This document shows, in pieces, positions 33,510 to 47,497 of a DNA stretch of 52,909 nt (positions are counted from its first letter, which is position 1; the number at the start of each line of letters is the position of its first letter). The translations under genes and the position numbers were made by a program. The DNA comes from Callorhinchus milii (taxonomy: Eukaryota): the NCBI RefSeq assembly GCF_018977255.1, contig NW_024704746.1, positions 1 to 52,909 of the forward strand, in the 5' to 3' direction. The notes under the pieces are model-generated. The model was given only the letters and a program-made list of their open reading frames with translations, ran no database searches and was not told the DNA's origin.

Positions 33510-34060
33510 AAGGTGACATTCCTGGCAATGCAATGTCGGAATTGAGCGAGCCCTGTGTGACGGTCTCCAGTCCGGTTCCTGAGCCAGGCAGGTCTGCAGT
33601 ATTCCAGCACTCTCACTGCTGATGACAGCACAGCCCAGCCTGGCTCATCGGCAAGACTTGGAAGGACAGCCTTCCTTCCAACACTGGGGTTAGAGAGTCA
33701 TCATACTCAGCTCCTGTTAACCCTACAAGCCACAGCCCTAACAGATAGGGTGGTTCTAGCTGGACAAGCAGTGGGAAAGCTTACTTGTCAGCAATATCAA
33801 TAGTATGCTGTGCAAGTTTAGCTGGTTGGACTCCAGCAGTTACCCCAACCCACACCTTGGCTCTTGCCATCATGCGCTTAGTACTTTCCCGAATTAGGTA
33901 AACATGATACATTTTTTTTCATTCAAAGTGTGCTTTTTCATTCTAACAAAACCCTATCTCTGGGATTTCCCTGTGTAGCTGGGTTATATGGAAATCTCAG
34001 CTTGGTTTGGATACTCTTAAGCATGGTGATAGGTTTCCATGTGTCAGAAATCCGTCAGAC
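33510..34060. mobile_element. Old unclassified interspersed repeat, copy 3 (opposite orientation)
   Basis: cttggtttggatactcttaagcatg and agctggacaagcagtgggaaagc are reverse complements of copy 1/2 blocks. Confidence 0.7.
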
Positions 34061-34273
34061 ACCAAAAAAAATGCTTTTGCTGATAATAAGTACTTGCTGT
34101 TGATCGTAGTATTGTACCTGCAAGCTGTAGCATCTAAATTAGAAAGCTTCTGTGGAATAGATCTGACAACCTCTTGGCACTAAATTCAGAATAGCAAAGA
34201 AGGAAATTGGTGAGCTATCTTCCAACAGGAAATTATAATAATAGTAATCAACTTTGCATTCCATATGCATTCC

Positions 34274-34600
34274 GGAGTCCTGTAGCTCAGTGGTTAGAGC
34301 ACTCGCTTTGCAGGTGAGAGACCTGAGTTCAATTCCAGGCAGAGGGCGAAACCTTGGGCAAGTTTCCTTACTCCACACAGAGCCTAATAATAATCCCTCC
34401 AAAAACCCAAAACAATAATTAAATTGGTCATTTTCAATGTACGACTGTTTGTGGGACATTGTTGTGCGCAATTGGCTGCCGCGTTCGCCCACAAATATAC
34501 AGTCAATTCACTTTACAGTGTGTTCTGTGAAGCGCTTTGGGACGTCCTCCTGACGTGAAAAGCGCTATATCAAATGCAAGGATTATTATTATTATTATTA
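34274..34600 (+). mobile_element. tRNA-derived SINE, full length
   Basis: ggagtcctgtagctcagtggttagagc...(tta)n. Confidence 0.92.
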
Positions 34601-34649
34601 TATCGTGCCATATCATATCGTTGAAACTCTCAAATTACTTCACTGGATT

Positions 34650-34970
34650 TACAACAACAATTTGCATTCATAGAGTGTCTTTGATGTCAAGACGAGACCC
34701 AAGGCACTGAACTTTACTGTGAAATGGAGTGACTCTGTATTTCTAGGGGAATGCGGCAGTACAATTGCACACAGCAATGTCCCACAAACAACCATGAAGT
34801 GAGTGAGCAATTTTATTTGGGGAATGTTGGCCAGGACACCGGGGGAAACTCCCTTCACTTTTCAATGGTGCCATGGCAACTGTAACGTCCACCCGAAAAG
34901 GCAGACAGGACCTCAGTTTTACCGTCTCATCTGAAAGATGGCACCTCTGACACCCCCAGCACTGGATTGG
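34650..34970 (-). mobile_element. Older Deu-domain SINE (SacSINE1/AmnSINE-like), 5'-truncated
   Basis: The reverse strand reads gaggtgccatctttcagatgagacggtaaaactgaggtcctgtctgcc...ggtggacgt...ccatggcac...gggagtt...ggtgtcctggccaacatt...tttgtgggacattgctgtgtgcaa, which I recognise as the Deu domain. Confidence 0.75.
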
Positions 34971-35166
34971 AGTGGTGCAAGTTTTGGCTGAAGGCACGGC
35001 AGCCGATAGTGAAGTGGAGTGCTCAAGAGACTTGCAGGAGGCTGGTGCCAATTGATGAGTAGGGTATAAGCATGTCAGGGAGGTAGGGATGAAATGAATG
35101 AAGACATGATTTGCACTATAAATCCTATGAGGTTCTTTGAGATGTCCTATCGAGAGGAAAGGTGTT

Positions 35167-35488
35167 ATAATAATAATAATCCTTGCATTTGATATAGCAC
35201 TTTTCACGTCGGGAGGGGATGTCCCAAAGCGCTTCACAGAACACATTGTAAAGTGAATTGACTGTATATTTGTGGGCGAACGCGGCAGCCAATTGCGCAC
35301 AGCAATGTCCCACAAACAGTCGTAGATTGAAAATGACCAATTTATTATTGTTTTTGGTTTTGGAGGGACTATTATTAGGCTCTGTGTGGAGTAAGGAAAC
35401 TTGCCCAAGGTTTCGCCCTCTGCCTGGAATTGAACTCAGGTCTCTCACTTGCAAAGCGAGTGCTCTAACCACTGAGCTACAGGACTCC
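35167..35488 (-). mobile_element. tRNA-derived SINE, full length
   Basis: Reverse copy nearly identical to 34274-34600. Confidence 0.92.
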
Positions 35489-35834
35489 ATGATATATCAA
35501 AGGATTATTATTAAAATGTCTTGTGCACATTGTGACCAACTATATTCCTTTTTGGTGTATGTATAATTGAAACTTTGTTATAAGTTTCTTCAAAACTACT
35601 AAGAAAAATTATGACAACTTTAGATCTATTGTTGGAGAGAGAGGTCAACACCCAGTCACTGAAATTGCATCTTAATAGTGTGTCATCCTTGTTCAAAGAT
35701 GTTACTATCCTATGTTTATTCATTTGCTAAAGTGTTTCTATTCCAAGAAAGACATTAGGTAGCCTCCTCAGGAATATTTTATACAATGCAATATTTGATC
35801 CCTTGGAAAATCAGCATATTGTGCTACTATATTG

Positions 35835-36735
35835 TGCCACGTAAAAGGCTGTTGCATGATTAGAGCCCATGGAATTAAAGGTAATATATTAGCATGGATA
35901 GGAGAGCGGATAAACAGAGAGTAGGGATAAATGGGTTCTTCTCAGATTGGCGGGATGTGACTAGTGGAGTGCCACAAGGATCAGTGCTGGGCCTCGGTTA
36001 TTTACAAACTATATCAATGATTTAGGTGAGGAAATAGAACTTAACATATCTAAATTTGCGGACGATACGAAGATAGGTGGGGGAGTAAGCTGTGAGGATG
36101 ACACATGAAGAATGCAAAGGGAAATAAACAGGCTAGGTGAGTGGGCAAGAAGGTGGCAGATGGAGTATAACGTGGTGAAGTGTGAAGTTATTCACCTAAG
36201 TAGTAAAAATAGAAAAGCAGATTATTTTCTAGAGGTGGAGAGACTAAGTAATGTTAGTGTTCAGAGGGATTTGGGTGTCCTTGCACACCAGTCACAAAGA
36301 GTTAGTCTGTAGGTACAGCAAGCAATTAGGAAGGCTAATCTAGAATATTGTGTGCAGTTTTGGTCTCATTATTTAAGAAAGGACATAGAGGGGGGTGCAG
36401 CTTAGATTCACTAGGTTGGTTCCTGGGATGAGGTGGTTGACCCATGAGGAGAGGGTGAGTAAACTAGGTCTGTATTCTCGAGTTGAGTTGAGGAAACATT
36501 TCTTCATTCAGAGGGTGGTGAATTTGTGGAATTCTCTATCCCAGAAGGCTGTGGATGCTCAGTCCTTGAGCATATTCAAGACTGAGGTGGATTTCTAAAG
36601 GATAGAGGGATTAAGAGATATGAGGATACGGTTAAATGGAATTAGGTTAGAAGATCACCCATGATTTTATTAAATTGGAGGGCAGGTTCGAGGGGCCAAA
36701 TGGCTTACTCCTGCTCCTACATCTTATGGTCTAAG
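35835..36735 (+). mobile_element. CR1 LINE 3' part (RT), internally deleted
   Basis: [21 protein letters not shown] and WQMEYNV.KCEVIH motifs; tail ggccaaatggcttactcctgctcctacatcttatgg. Confidence 0.9.
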
Positions 36736-37374
36736 ATCATCATCTATGAATGACGCTTTCTTCAACCTTGCTTTGGCACATCTTATGTAACAAGTACTTT
36801 AATTAATTTACACTGATTTTAAATGTTCTTTTGTCAACCATCTACAATCTTTTAATCTGCTAATTTGCTCGTAGCAACACATTGATGCCAAGCCTGCTTT
36901 CTTTAAATATGTTATTTGAACAGCTTTGGTTATTTTGAAATTGGAGGAATTTTACCTATGGGTGGAGATAATTTGTTTGCAAATTATGGCAGCCTCAGTG
37001 AATTACTTCAATCGATCTTGAAGCAGAACTACTGTAGATCAGGAATCATTGGAGTAAGTGGTCTTTAAATTGCTTAACTTTTATTGCAAACAGAATTCAG
37101 GCAGATCTAGGTTATTAATTGCATCGCATGGGCTCTCATTTGACTTGGCTGAACGACTCAGTCCCTGTAGACACTTAATGTTGAATATTCTAAACCTGTA
37201 CATTTAATGTACAGTGTATCCAAAACTTTAAAAAAAACTAGGATTAAACTAGCAAACTGCCCCCAAAATACTAACTACTCATAAACAGCTTGGAATCCTG
37301 GTATATGATATGAGGGAACAAGTTACAGTTATTTATTTTTGTAGAAATAATCTTCCTCTTTACTTAATCTTCGC

Positions 37375-38512
37375 AGACCTGCTCTTGCCTGGTTCGATTC
37401 CTATCTGTCTCACCATTTCCACTTTATTGCCTCTAATAGTTCCTCCTCCAGCCCCCACACTGTCATGTCTGGGGTCCCCCAGGGCTCTGCCCTTGTCTCC
37501 TCTTTAATATCTACATGCTCCCCCTTGGTGACATCATCTGCAGACATGGGGGTCAACTTCCACATATATGCGGATGACACCCAACTCTTATCTTTCTGCC
37601 TCCACCCTCAGGACCACTGCTGTCCTGACAGACTGTCTGTCGGACATCAAGTCCTGGATGAGGGCAAACGTCCTACAGTTGAATGTGAACAAGACTGAGG
37701 CCCTCCTGATTGGCTCACGCCAGCGCCTCAGCACCTCAGGCTCTGGCAGCATCAACCTCCATGGTGGCACACTTCAACTCACCAGCAGTCAGGAACCTGG
37801 GGGTCTTGTTCAATCCTCAACTGTCATTTCTTCCCCACATTCAAGCCATGACCTGGAATGCCTCCCTCACTTCTGTAACATCACCCGACTCCGCCACTAC
37901 CTCACACCTCAGGCCCCTGAAACTCTTGTTCATACCTTCATCACCTCCAGGCTCGACTGTGCAAACACCCCGCTTGTCGGCCTTTCCAACTCCTCCCTCC
38001 ACAGGCTGCAGATAATCCAGACTTCTGCAGCCCGCGTCCTCTCCCGCACCAAACTCCGTGACCCCATCTCCCCCACTCTCGCCCAACTTAATTGGCTCCC
38101 TATCCTTCAGAGGTTCCAGTTTAAGATCCTGGTCCTCACATACAAAGCCCTCCATGGCCTCACCCCACCCTACCTCTGCGACCTCTTAACCCCCTACCAA
38201 CACCGCTCAGCCGGCTCCGGCCTGCTCCAAGTCCCCCGACCGACCCACCCCACCATTGGCGGGATAGCCTTCAGCCACTCTGCCCCCAACCTCTGGATCA
38301 GTGGTACAGTGATTCCATCCCCCAATCTCGCCGCCTCCTTCAAGTCTCGCCTCAAGACCCTCCTCTTCGACCACGCGATCGGCCATCCCCCTTCCCCTCC
38401 CCTTCCTTTTTCCCCCTTGACCCCAGCTTGGGTCTGAAATGCTGTACACTGTCCAGCACCTTGGGATGTCCTCCCGATATGAAAGGCGCTATACAAATGT
38501 AATCTTGTTTTT
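37375..38512 (+). mobile_element. L2 RT-to-3' fragment
   Basis: [22 protein letters not shown] and FKILVLTYKALHGL motifs, plus tail. Confidence 0.9.
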
Positions 38513-38789
38513 GTAATGTAATACATAGGTAATATAATGTTTATAAACGTGGCTGGAAGATGGCAAACCTTGCAACAAGGAAGGAACAACTGGAGATTGT
38601 GTATGGAAAGTTTTCGTGGAAAATATCTCAAGCCTATAAAAGCAACATTCTCTGATTAGAAGACAATGAGGAGGGTTATCTCCTCTCTTTTCCGCCTCTC
38701 TCCGCACCACACACCCCCTTCCCACCCCCACCCCCCCCCCCAATTTGTGTGTAGGGCGTTTTATAAATGTAAGTTGTTATAATAATAAC

Positions 38790-39022
38790 AATAATAATAA
38801 TCCTTGCATTTGATAAAGCGTTTTTCATGTCTATAAAGTGAATTGACTGTATATTTGTGGGCGAAACGCGGCAGTCAATTGCGCACAGTAGTGTCCCACA
38901 AACAGTCGTGGATTGAAGTGACCAATTTCTTTTTTTTGAGGGATTATCATCAGGCGTGTAGAGTAGGGAAACTTGTCCAAGGTTTTGCCCTGCCAGGTCT
39001 CTCGCTTGCGACGCAAGTGCTT
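38790..39022 (-). mobile_element. tRNA-derived SINE, degenerate and internally deleted
   Basis: (taa)n tccttgcatttgat...gcgcacagtagtgtcccacaaacag...ggtctctcgcttgc. Confidence 0.8.
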
Positions 39023-40664
39023 TAATAAAGTAACTAATTTCATAGCATGTAATGAAAATGTGTCCCAGTCATTGATATGTTTGTAGAACTGCTAATGAAA
39101 TTCATAGGAATTTTAACCACATTACTTTTATCTGGCTGGCATGTGATACTGGGAAACAGCCTGCAATTTATATGTGCATGTTGTATAAAACGTACAGGTA
39201 GGAAAAGTAAATACTGCTTACTTTTTGTGCACATGATAATCTATTTTTAAAATGTTTCATTTAAACTGGATCAGGTCATGAAGGCTCCAGTGCATACTTC
39301 AATTGGACCTCTGTCATGTGCGTTTAACATTGGTATCCAGTGGCATTGCTCCATGGAGTACCATCTGCAGATAAGCAGAATTGGTGGTTCTAATTGCCTG
39401 TTATCAGTGAAAAATGCGAGGATTGCTGTGTGGCACACTTCAATGGCCTACTGAATGGTGTGTGTTCCTCGGGGCCCATTGCCTTCTGAGTGAATGCTAC
39501 ATTCATTTATCAGACATGTGGGCAGTCCTGGCTGAAAATATTTCTCATATTTGCATACTCATAATTGTTTGATTGTTGCTTCATGGCATCAGTGTCGTGG
39601 TATACAGGACACATGAATCCACAGCTAAATGCCCTCTATTCATTTGTACTTCAAAATGACTAATAAAAAAGGAGAATGACGAATGGAGATGTTTACTAAG
39701 AATACTTTTACCAGTGCACTGACCTAGCTCACTAGCCAGTTGAGAGTCAGTTTATTGGATCACTTCTTTTGATGAAAAGCTCATGATTTTACACCCACCT
39801 GTGCAATGTCATCTGAAGTTGAGATGTAGAGAAATTCTACACCACTATCTTCAGTTCTGTCCTCACATTCTTCAGTTTCCTTGGTTTATCAGTTTTAAAG
39901 AGAGTGATATTGCTTAGTGGCTAGATGTCATTTTTAAAAAAATATTTGTTCAGGTGAGTATTTCCTTGAAGCATCACAGTTTAAACAAACGTTTGGTTAA
40001 CATATCACCTTGCAGATATGAATGGCTTTGTACTCCACTGCAGTAGTAAGAGGAAAACAGTCAATGGATATAGATGGAGATGGGGGGTGGGGGGATAAAG
40101 GAGGAAATTGCTCCACTGGTGAAAAATGTGTTCAAACCCCCCCCCCCCCCCCCACACACACATATTGTAATTGTGAATTGGACGATGGGAAACTGTTTCT
40201 AGTCTCGAATCTAATCGGTTTTCTGCTTATATTTCCTTTTGAGATGTCCCTAATGGGAAAGCATAAAATGTTATCATAGAATTTATAAGTTGGTTTCAAT
40301 TTGCTTTTAAGATTATATATCTGTTTTCTAATAACATCTATCTAGGTTTTTAAAGTTTTTGCTGATTAATTTATCAATAGTGTGTCCACAGTAAATATGA
40401 CCCTATTTTGTGCTTACTCTTGGTTCGTTGAGTTATTCCTGTGGAAGGAAATAACGGCAATATTCCTTTGACAGAAACGCAGTGTGTGAAGGCTGCTGAG
40501 AGACTTAGTGAGGTCCATGACATCCTGGCCAACTACTATATACAGTGAAGTTTGTTAAGGGTATTTCTAAAGCATATAAATATACTTCATATTCTTTAGC
40601 AATATTTTGCAAGATGTACTAGTACTTCACTAGAACAGCTCTAGGATGCATGCTTTGCTTTTGG

Positions 40665-41665
40665 GATTGTGTCATTTTAATGGCTTCTTCTCCAGCTCCC
40701 ACACAATTATGTGTGGCGTCCCTCAGGGCTCTGTCCTTTTCAATATCTATATACTTCCCGTTGATGACATCATCCGCAGACATGGGGTCAACTTCCACAT
40801 GTATGCGGTTGACACCCAAATCTACCTCTCTGCCTCCACCCTTGACTCCAGGACCACTGCTGTCCTCACAGACTGCCAGTTGGACATCAAGTCCTGGATA
40901 AGAGCTAACTTTCTGCAGGATCACCCTTCATGGATACACTCTACATCTCACGGAACCAGGGCATCCTGTTCGACCCTCAACTTCATACCCTACATCATGC
41001 CATGACCTGCTCCGCCTTTCCTCACCTTCACAACATTGTCCAACTACGCCATTATCTCACACTGCAGAACGCTGAGACCCTCATATACGCATTTGTAACA
41101 TCCAGGCTCTACTATGCAAACTCACTGTTTGTCGGCCTCCCCAACTCCTCCCTCCATAGGTTGCAGATCATCCAGAACTCTGCAGCTCGTGTCCTCTCCC
41201 ACACTAGGCTCCACGACCCTATAATCCCCATCCTCGTCCAACTCCACTGGCTTCCTATCACACAGAGGATACAGTTCAAGATCCTGGTCCTCACCTTCAA
41301 AGTCCTCCATGACCTTGTTCCCCCCTACCTCTGCAAACTCCTAACCTACTAGCCTGCCCACTCTCCGCTCAGCGAGCTCCGGTCTATTTCACGTTCCCCA
41401 CCTCGCCCCACCCCCACCATTTGTGTGTGGGTGCCTTCAGCCATTCTGCCCCTATCCCGCAGTCCCTCCGCCTCGTCCCTTCCCTTGCCTCCTTCAAGAC
41501 CCGTCTCAAGACCCTCCTCTTCGACCGTGCCTTCGGTCACCCTGCTTTTCCTCCCTGCACCCCACCCTCCCCGATCCCGACTCCCAGCTCGGGTCCGAAA
41601 CACTAATTGTCCAGTATCTTGGGATGTCCTCCCGATGTGAAAGGTGCTATACAAATGTAATTTTG
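40665..41665 (+). mobile_element. L2 RT-to-3' fragment
   Basis: [36 protein letters not shown] and LHWLPITQRIQFKIL motifs, plus tail. Confidence 0.9.
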
Positions 41666-43365
41666 TGGCATGCAGAATTTTCAGATATCAGTATGCTTAT
41701 TTTTGTCCAGGAAAATTGCAAATGAAGTATTAGTTTTTTTTAAACACAAGCACATTAGATGTTTTGGTCTGGTTTCTGTGTATTGCGAAGGGTAGCGAGG
41801 AGGATTTGTGTGTCAAGTACAATGATGCTGAGTTGGGGTGCTTGCCATTTGAACTGTGAGAAGTTCTGATAGCTGCTATCCACCTAACTAATTTTTCCCG
41901 GAGTTATGGTCATCAGGCTCGAGGGGCCAAATGGCCTACTCCTGCTCCTTATGTTCTTATGGTATAGTGCATCGAGACAGTAGAAAGATTAGTGAACATG
42001 TTTAGTTTAAAAAAATCAAGTTGATTTGAGCTTTAACTTTAAAAGGCCTTGGACGTTTGATGCAATAATTTGTATTCTGTATATAAAATCAAAAATTCCC
42101 CTTCTCAGTGAAGCACTAGGTGAGTGCGTTTCTGATTGTCGTCTATTTGTTTCTGGCTTAAATGAGTTGCTGTATCCTCAAGTGTCACCTATTTTATTTG
42201 GTTGTGATGGATGAAGTGAATGTTAGTTTTGTGACTCAAACCGTTTTGTGGTTTTAATTGAATTTGAATAGTGGAAATGTCAACATGTGTGATTATTCTT
42301 CATCTGGCTTGTCAGATAATGGAATAAAATAATTCCAAGAAAACTGAAAAATTTAAACCCCTTTTTGTGGTGCGATTATTAAAGTTTCTTCCAGTATTGT
42401 GTTTTAAAATTCAATTTCATATTTATTCTTGCCCTTGTTTGAGGAAAAACATTAATAAACATTGATCACATGAAAAGCGCCTGTGACTCTTTCACTCATG
42501 GGTTATAGATTCCGTGATTGCCTTGTTGAATATGTTATATTTGTGCTTTGACGCCTCAGATATCCAAATATCTGGTTCATATCGGGCTAATGCCAAGTGA
42601 ATGTAATCAATCTGATTTACATTGGAAACTGCCTAAATTTGTTCAGTACACTGACAAGTGTCGAATCATAAGCAAACTATGTACTGTGCTTTGCTTCAGC
42701 AATGTTTAGATATTAATATCCAGCATTTCTTTCATGTCAAATTCCATCTGAGATTCTTTATGTAATTTAAAGATCCCAAATCCTGTTTTCAGTAAGAATC
42801 TGTACTCTTGTCTTTGACAAACATAAAGTTATGTAGTTGTAATGTTTATGCAGTTCAGTGAATGATTTGCCTTCTCTTTCAGTGGATAGAAAGTTGATAC
42901 AAAATTTATTGTTCTGGTGTATTTCTGTACAGCAAAGATGGAATTGGATCTCAGCAGACTTGGGGAATTAACTTGGTTCCCTCTGCTCTGGTACTGAGCT
43001 GGTGCTCTAATGGATAGCACCACCACGCTGCCCTAAATGATATTACACTCCACAATCTTAAAATCTCACATTATACTAACAGTTTTTGGTGAGGTCGTGG
43101 GTGGAACTGCATTACATGGAGTCACCATAGTCAACACCAACACATTACATATGTGCAGTAACTTTCACATCAGGAGAACACAAGAGGTCTGATGGAGATT
43201 TGCAAATTGTAGAAATTGGCAGAAACGTCACCCTGCAGTAGTAATAAATTTATGAAACATTCATTTCATATATTGAGCAAAGTTATGATTTTTAGTTTTA
43301 TGTTTTTTTGGTATATGTATTTTCCGCAATGCATTTTAATGGTTCACTTTTTCCCCTTTTCCCAG

Positions 43366-43434
43366 GCATGCACTGGTATTGAAAATATTGATGAAGCTAT
43401 TACATTGCTTGAACAGAATAACTGGGATTTAGTG
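43366..43434 (+). CDS. FAF1: FAF1 coding exon 2 (UBA-like domain)
   Basis: Acceptor ttttcccag|, ACTGIENIDEAITLLEQNNWDLV, donor |gtaagt. Confidence 0.97.
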
Positions 43435-44868
43435 GTAAGTACCTCATACCAGTTATGGAACAAATAAATAGGAAATCTTGATTCTTCTGGGGGTGGGGTT
43501 CTCAAATGTTTTCTCACATTCATTCCCCTTCTCCACCCTACACTTGTCAAATAATGACTTACCTCTGCATTGCCTGCTCACAGATGCACTGTGTAGGTAA
43601 ATCACGGTCCCAGTCATCTTGCGTGAAGTTGCTTTACTTTGAACAAAGTATTATTATGAAAGCACCGAAATGTGGAAGTTGGAATGGATTACCAGAAAAG
43701 GTGGTTATGGCTAGAACACAGGATATAGGAAAGCCTTGATGATGGTATGTTGGGCATTAGAAGGATTAGATCAAATGGACAGAAAGGACTTTTTCCATGG
43801 CAATACTTTTGTAATGTCTGAGGGTAGTGTGAAAATGCTTCCTTTCCCACAAAGTGGGAAGTGGAATTTTGCCAACATGCAGTTTGAATTTTCAAGTCCT
43901 AGAATCAAAAGTGGAAAATGTGGGAACTTCTCACACTAATGTTTACTCTTCATAGTTTCCAAATGTGTAAATGTGGCCCAGTTCCAATTGCCAAAAGAGG
44001 TACATGAAGTTACCATGTCTTTGGTTTGTGAGAGTGCCTCTTGAGCAAGTCACTGTCAGTATGGCCCTTGGCCAAAAGTTAGTAAACTGTGATTGAGGCT
44101 TATGTTCAAACAAACAGTAGGGGGCGTCTGCTACATAATAATGTATTTGTTTTGAAATGCGAGTAGATTTTACACTTAAACTGTTCATTAGCAAAACAAC
44201 ATTTGTGCATTGTTTCAATCACAAGCGATCAGTGTAAGAAGATTTTTTAGTTTGTCAATAAGTGAGTATGTAATTTGAATGTAGCACTTGGGTGTTGTGG
44301 TTGAGTTATTTTCTAACAGAATGAATTGAGATTATTTGTTTTCAATCCTAGAGTAGGGTTGTTTCCACACAGTCTTAACAAAAGGCAGCGATGGGGGCAG
44401 GAAATCTTCACAAGAAAGAATTTAAAATCTACAGATATCTCGTCATTAAGTTGTGTTCAAATAGCCGGGATAATCTTTTGAATTAATTGTTTGAAATAGA
44501 AACTTTATTTCATCAGCCTTTTTATACAAATTCTGTGTTGATCTTGAAATATTCCACTAGGACTCAACCTAAGTGTTGAAATGTTACATCATATGGCATG
44601 GGGGTTGTTTGGTATGTGTTTGCGAGAAAGCCAAGAGTGTACTCTATTATAGCATTGCAATATACCAGTACTGTAGTTGGAAACTTTTCCATAATTCAAA
44701 ATTAGTATTTAATGCTAGAAATTAGGTATTCCAGCATAGCATGAACTTGTCAGTTCTAGCATCCACATGATTATTAGATCATATTCTGGTACATGAGTTC
44801 TACAGTGATTATTTTTAATATTTATCAAATTTATTTATTTATTCATCTGTACTTTTTTCTGTTTGCAG

Positions 44869-44915
44869 GCAGCTATCAATGGTGTAATTCCGCAAGAGAA
44901 TGGCATTTTACAGAG
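44869..44915 (+). CDS. FAF1: FAF1 coding exon 3
   Basis: Acceptor tttgcag|, AAINGVIPQENGILQ plus AG, donor |gtaagg (phase 2). Confidence 0.97.
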
Positions 44916-45409
44916 GTAAGGATATTTTTGAGGAGGAACTTTTATAATAAATAATAAGCCTTGCAATTGCGGTGTCATCTTAGAATATGTGGTTTCAAGT
45001 CCCAACGTGGGCCACAAGATTGTGGCCAGAGCCTCTGCTATTTCCACCTTAACTTCCCTCAGCAATCTAGGATGTGTACCATTTTGGTCGGGTGACTTTT
45101 CTACTTGAGCCCTGCTAACCTTTTAAGTACCTCCTCTATTTGTTTTCAATCTTATCCAATTTCTCTACATCCTCCTCCTTTACTGGGACATTGGCAGCAT
45201 CCTCTTTTGTGCAAAGTATTCATTCAGTTCTTCAGCCATGCCCTCTGCCTCTGCAAGAAGATTTCGTTTTTGGTCCCAAAGCCATGATAAGGTGCTGTAT
45301 CAAATGCAAGGATTATTATTAATTCTGCCCAGAACCGGTCCCAATGCCCCAGGAATCTGAAGCCCCCCCCCCTGCACCATTTTTCCAGCCACAAGGAGGC
45401 AATAAAACA

Positions 45410-45730
45410 AAACAACTTGAACTTATATAGTGCCCTCCATGCAGGATAGGGTAAGTTTTCAGACAGGATTTGAAAAAGGGGAGAGAGGGGGCAAGGCAGA
45501 GGGATTGAGGGAGTGTGTTCCAGAGTTTCAGGGCGTAGTGGCTGAAAGTGCGACCTCTGATGGTGGGACGGAGGGTGTGAGGGACGAGTCACACGTGTCA
45601 GTCGAGCGGAGGCCCGGGTGGTGGATTGGCGAGTGAGGAGGTCGGAGAGGGAGGGAGGTGCCAGAGTGAAGGGATTTGAAAACGAGTGTAAGGATCTTGC
45701 GGTCGATCCGTTCGGTGATGGGGAGAAAGT
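45410..45730 (-). mobile_element. L2-like 3' fragment
   Basis: LPITERIDRKILTLVFKSLHS on the - strand; tail near 45410-45445. Confidence 0.7.
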
Positions 45731-47239
45731 GAGCCTGACCAGACCACACCATGCGAGACTCAGGTCTGCGGTTGCAGAAACGCCTACCTACCTGATTTCC
45801 CAATTTCAATAGCATTGCTGCATTTCCCTGCAGACACCTGGGAGTTGTTTGCCCCACTGTGCCATGGCTTTGCCTAAGATTGCCCTCCCTGAGGTGTCAT
45901 CACCCTCACCATCACCCTTCTGTATTCAATACAGAAACCGGTTTGTGAGTGCCACACTCTCGGGGAATTTCTGCTCTGTCTGTCTCTGCTCCCTACCATC
46001 CCACTCACCTTCCTCCTGAACTCTTTGTGGCTGTGGGGTGACCACCGCCTGAAAAATGTGATTTGTAAAGGATTCAGCTTCCCGTATGTACCGTGTTTAA
46101 CATTATAAAACTCTTAATAATTTAATAATAAAATATTAGATTTATTATTCATAATAATCTAATAATAATAGTTCCCAAACTGTGGAACACTCTGCCTCAA
46201 TCTCTCCACCTTGCCCCCTCTCTCCCCTTTTTCAAAACCCACCTGAAAACTTTCCTCTTCAATCGAGTTTACAGCCACCTCCACCCCCCCCCCACCACCC
46301 GACTTGGAGTCAGGCTCCGTCACTGTTAAGCGCTCTGAGACTCTACCCTGTGTGGAGGGCGCTGTATAAGTGCATTTTATTATTATTATTTTATTATTAT
46401 TATATTGTTGTTATTAAAGAGTTGGTAGGACTCCTTGTTCTTCAACAATGTTAAAAAAAATTCAGCAGTTGACTGGCTAGTAGAGCAATGTTTGTTTAGA
46501 TTCACAGAGGCAGAGCTCAGCCTCAGGTTTGCTGTCCAGAGAGATATAAAGTGGAGCTGGCAATTTGACTCCAGTGTAGCAGCACTGCAAGGCATCAGTG
46601 GCCTTGGATTGGGTGTTTTGACTGCTGCTTAGAGGGATACCTACGCTGAGGTTTTTCATCAGAAAAATGTTGGTATCGCACAAGCTGGCAGTCAAAAACC
46701 ATGAACTAGAAATCCAGTGCTACACATCTAACTTCAAGAACCAGGGGTGGGGGAGTCAGCTTTGGTGTCTCTGAGTTCATTCAACATAATAGATAACAAA
46801 TGTCCTGCTAAAATATTTAAATCAGGCCAAATCAGTCATGTGTCAAATTTTGCAAATTTTAATCATATTGAATTTGAAAAATTGCTAGTACTTTTAAGAA
46901 AACTACTAAAGTTATTTTCCTTTTTCCTAATTAGGCCTTTGGGGTAATTATTTATTATTAAAACATTACTGACATTCGAATGCAGTTTCACAATGCACGT
47001 TAACCACCTTGTGCTTAATCTGCCAATCACATTGATTGGTATAGTCCAGGGTTGAGTGCTGTTTTCCAGCGGGTCTGCTGTAACTTCCAGTGCTAAATAA
47101 ATGGTCACCTTTCAGGTTATCAAGTCACTGCATCTTGCTGTCCAAAAACAATTTTACGTATCATTTATTCAATGAGTTGGAAACGCTTGAAGTGAGTAAA
47201 TGAAGGCAACAAGTTATTTTTAACAGTTGTGTGTAACAT

Positions 47240-47385
47240 AACATGTAGGAGCAGGAGTAGGCCATTTGGTCCTTCGAGTCTGCCCCGCCATTCAATCATG
47301 GCTGATCTTCTAGTCTAACTCCAGCTAATACCATATCCCTGTCTTATCCCCATATCCCTTAATCCCTTTTGCAATAAGAAATGTA
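47240..47385 (-). mobile_element. CR1 3' tail fragment
   Basis: gtaggagcaggagtaggccatttggtccttcgagtctgccccgccattcaat is the reverse of the 36690-36730 tail. Confidence 0.8.
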
Positions 47386-47497
47386 CCTAGGCTGGAATAG
47401 TTCTCCTCTGTCTTCACAGAAATTCTGGATGCAATTTAGATACAAACATATTTAGTTTTGGTGCTTATTTATGAAGTTTATTTGAATTCTGTTCCAG

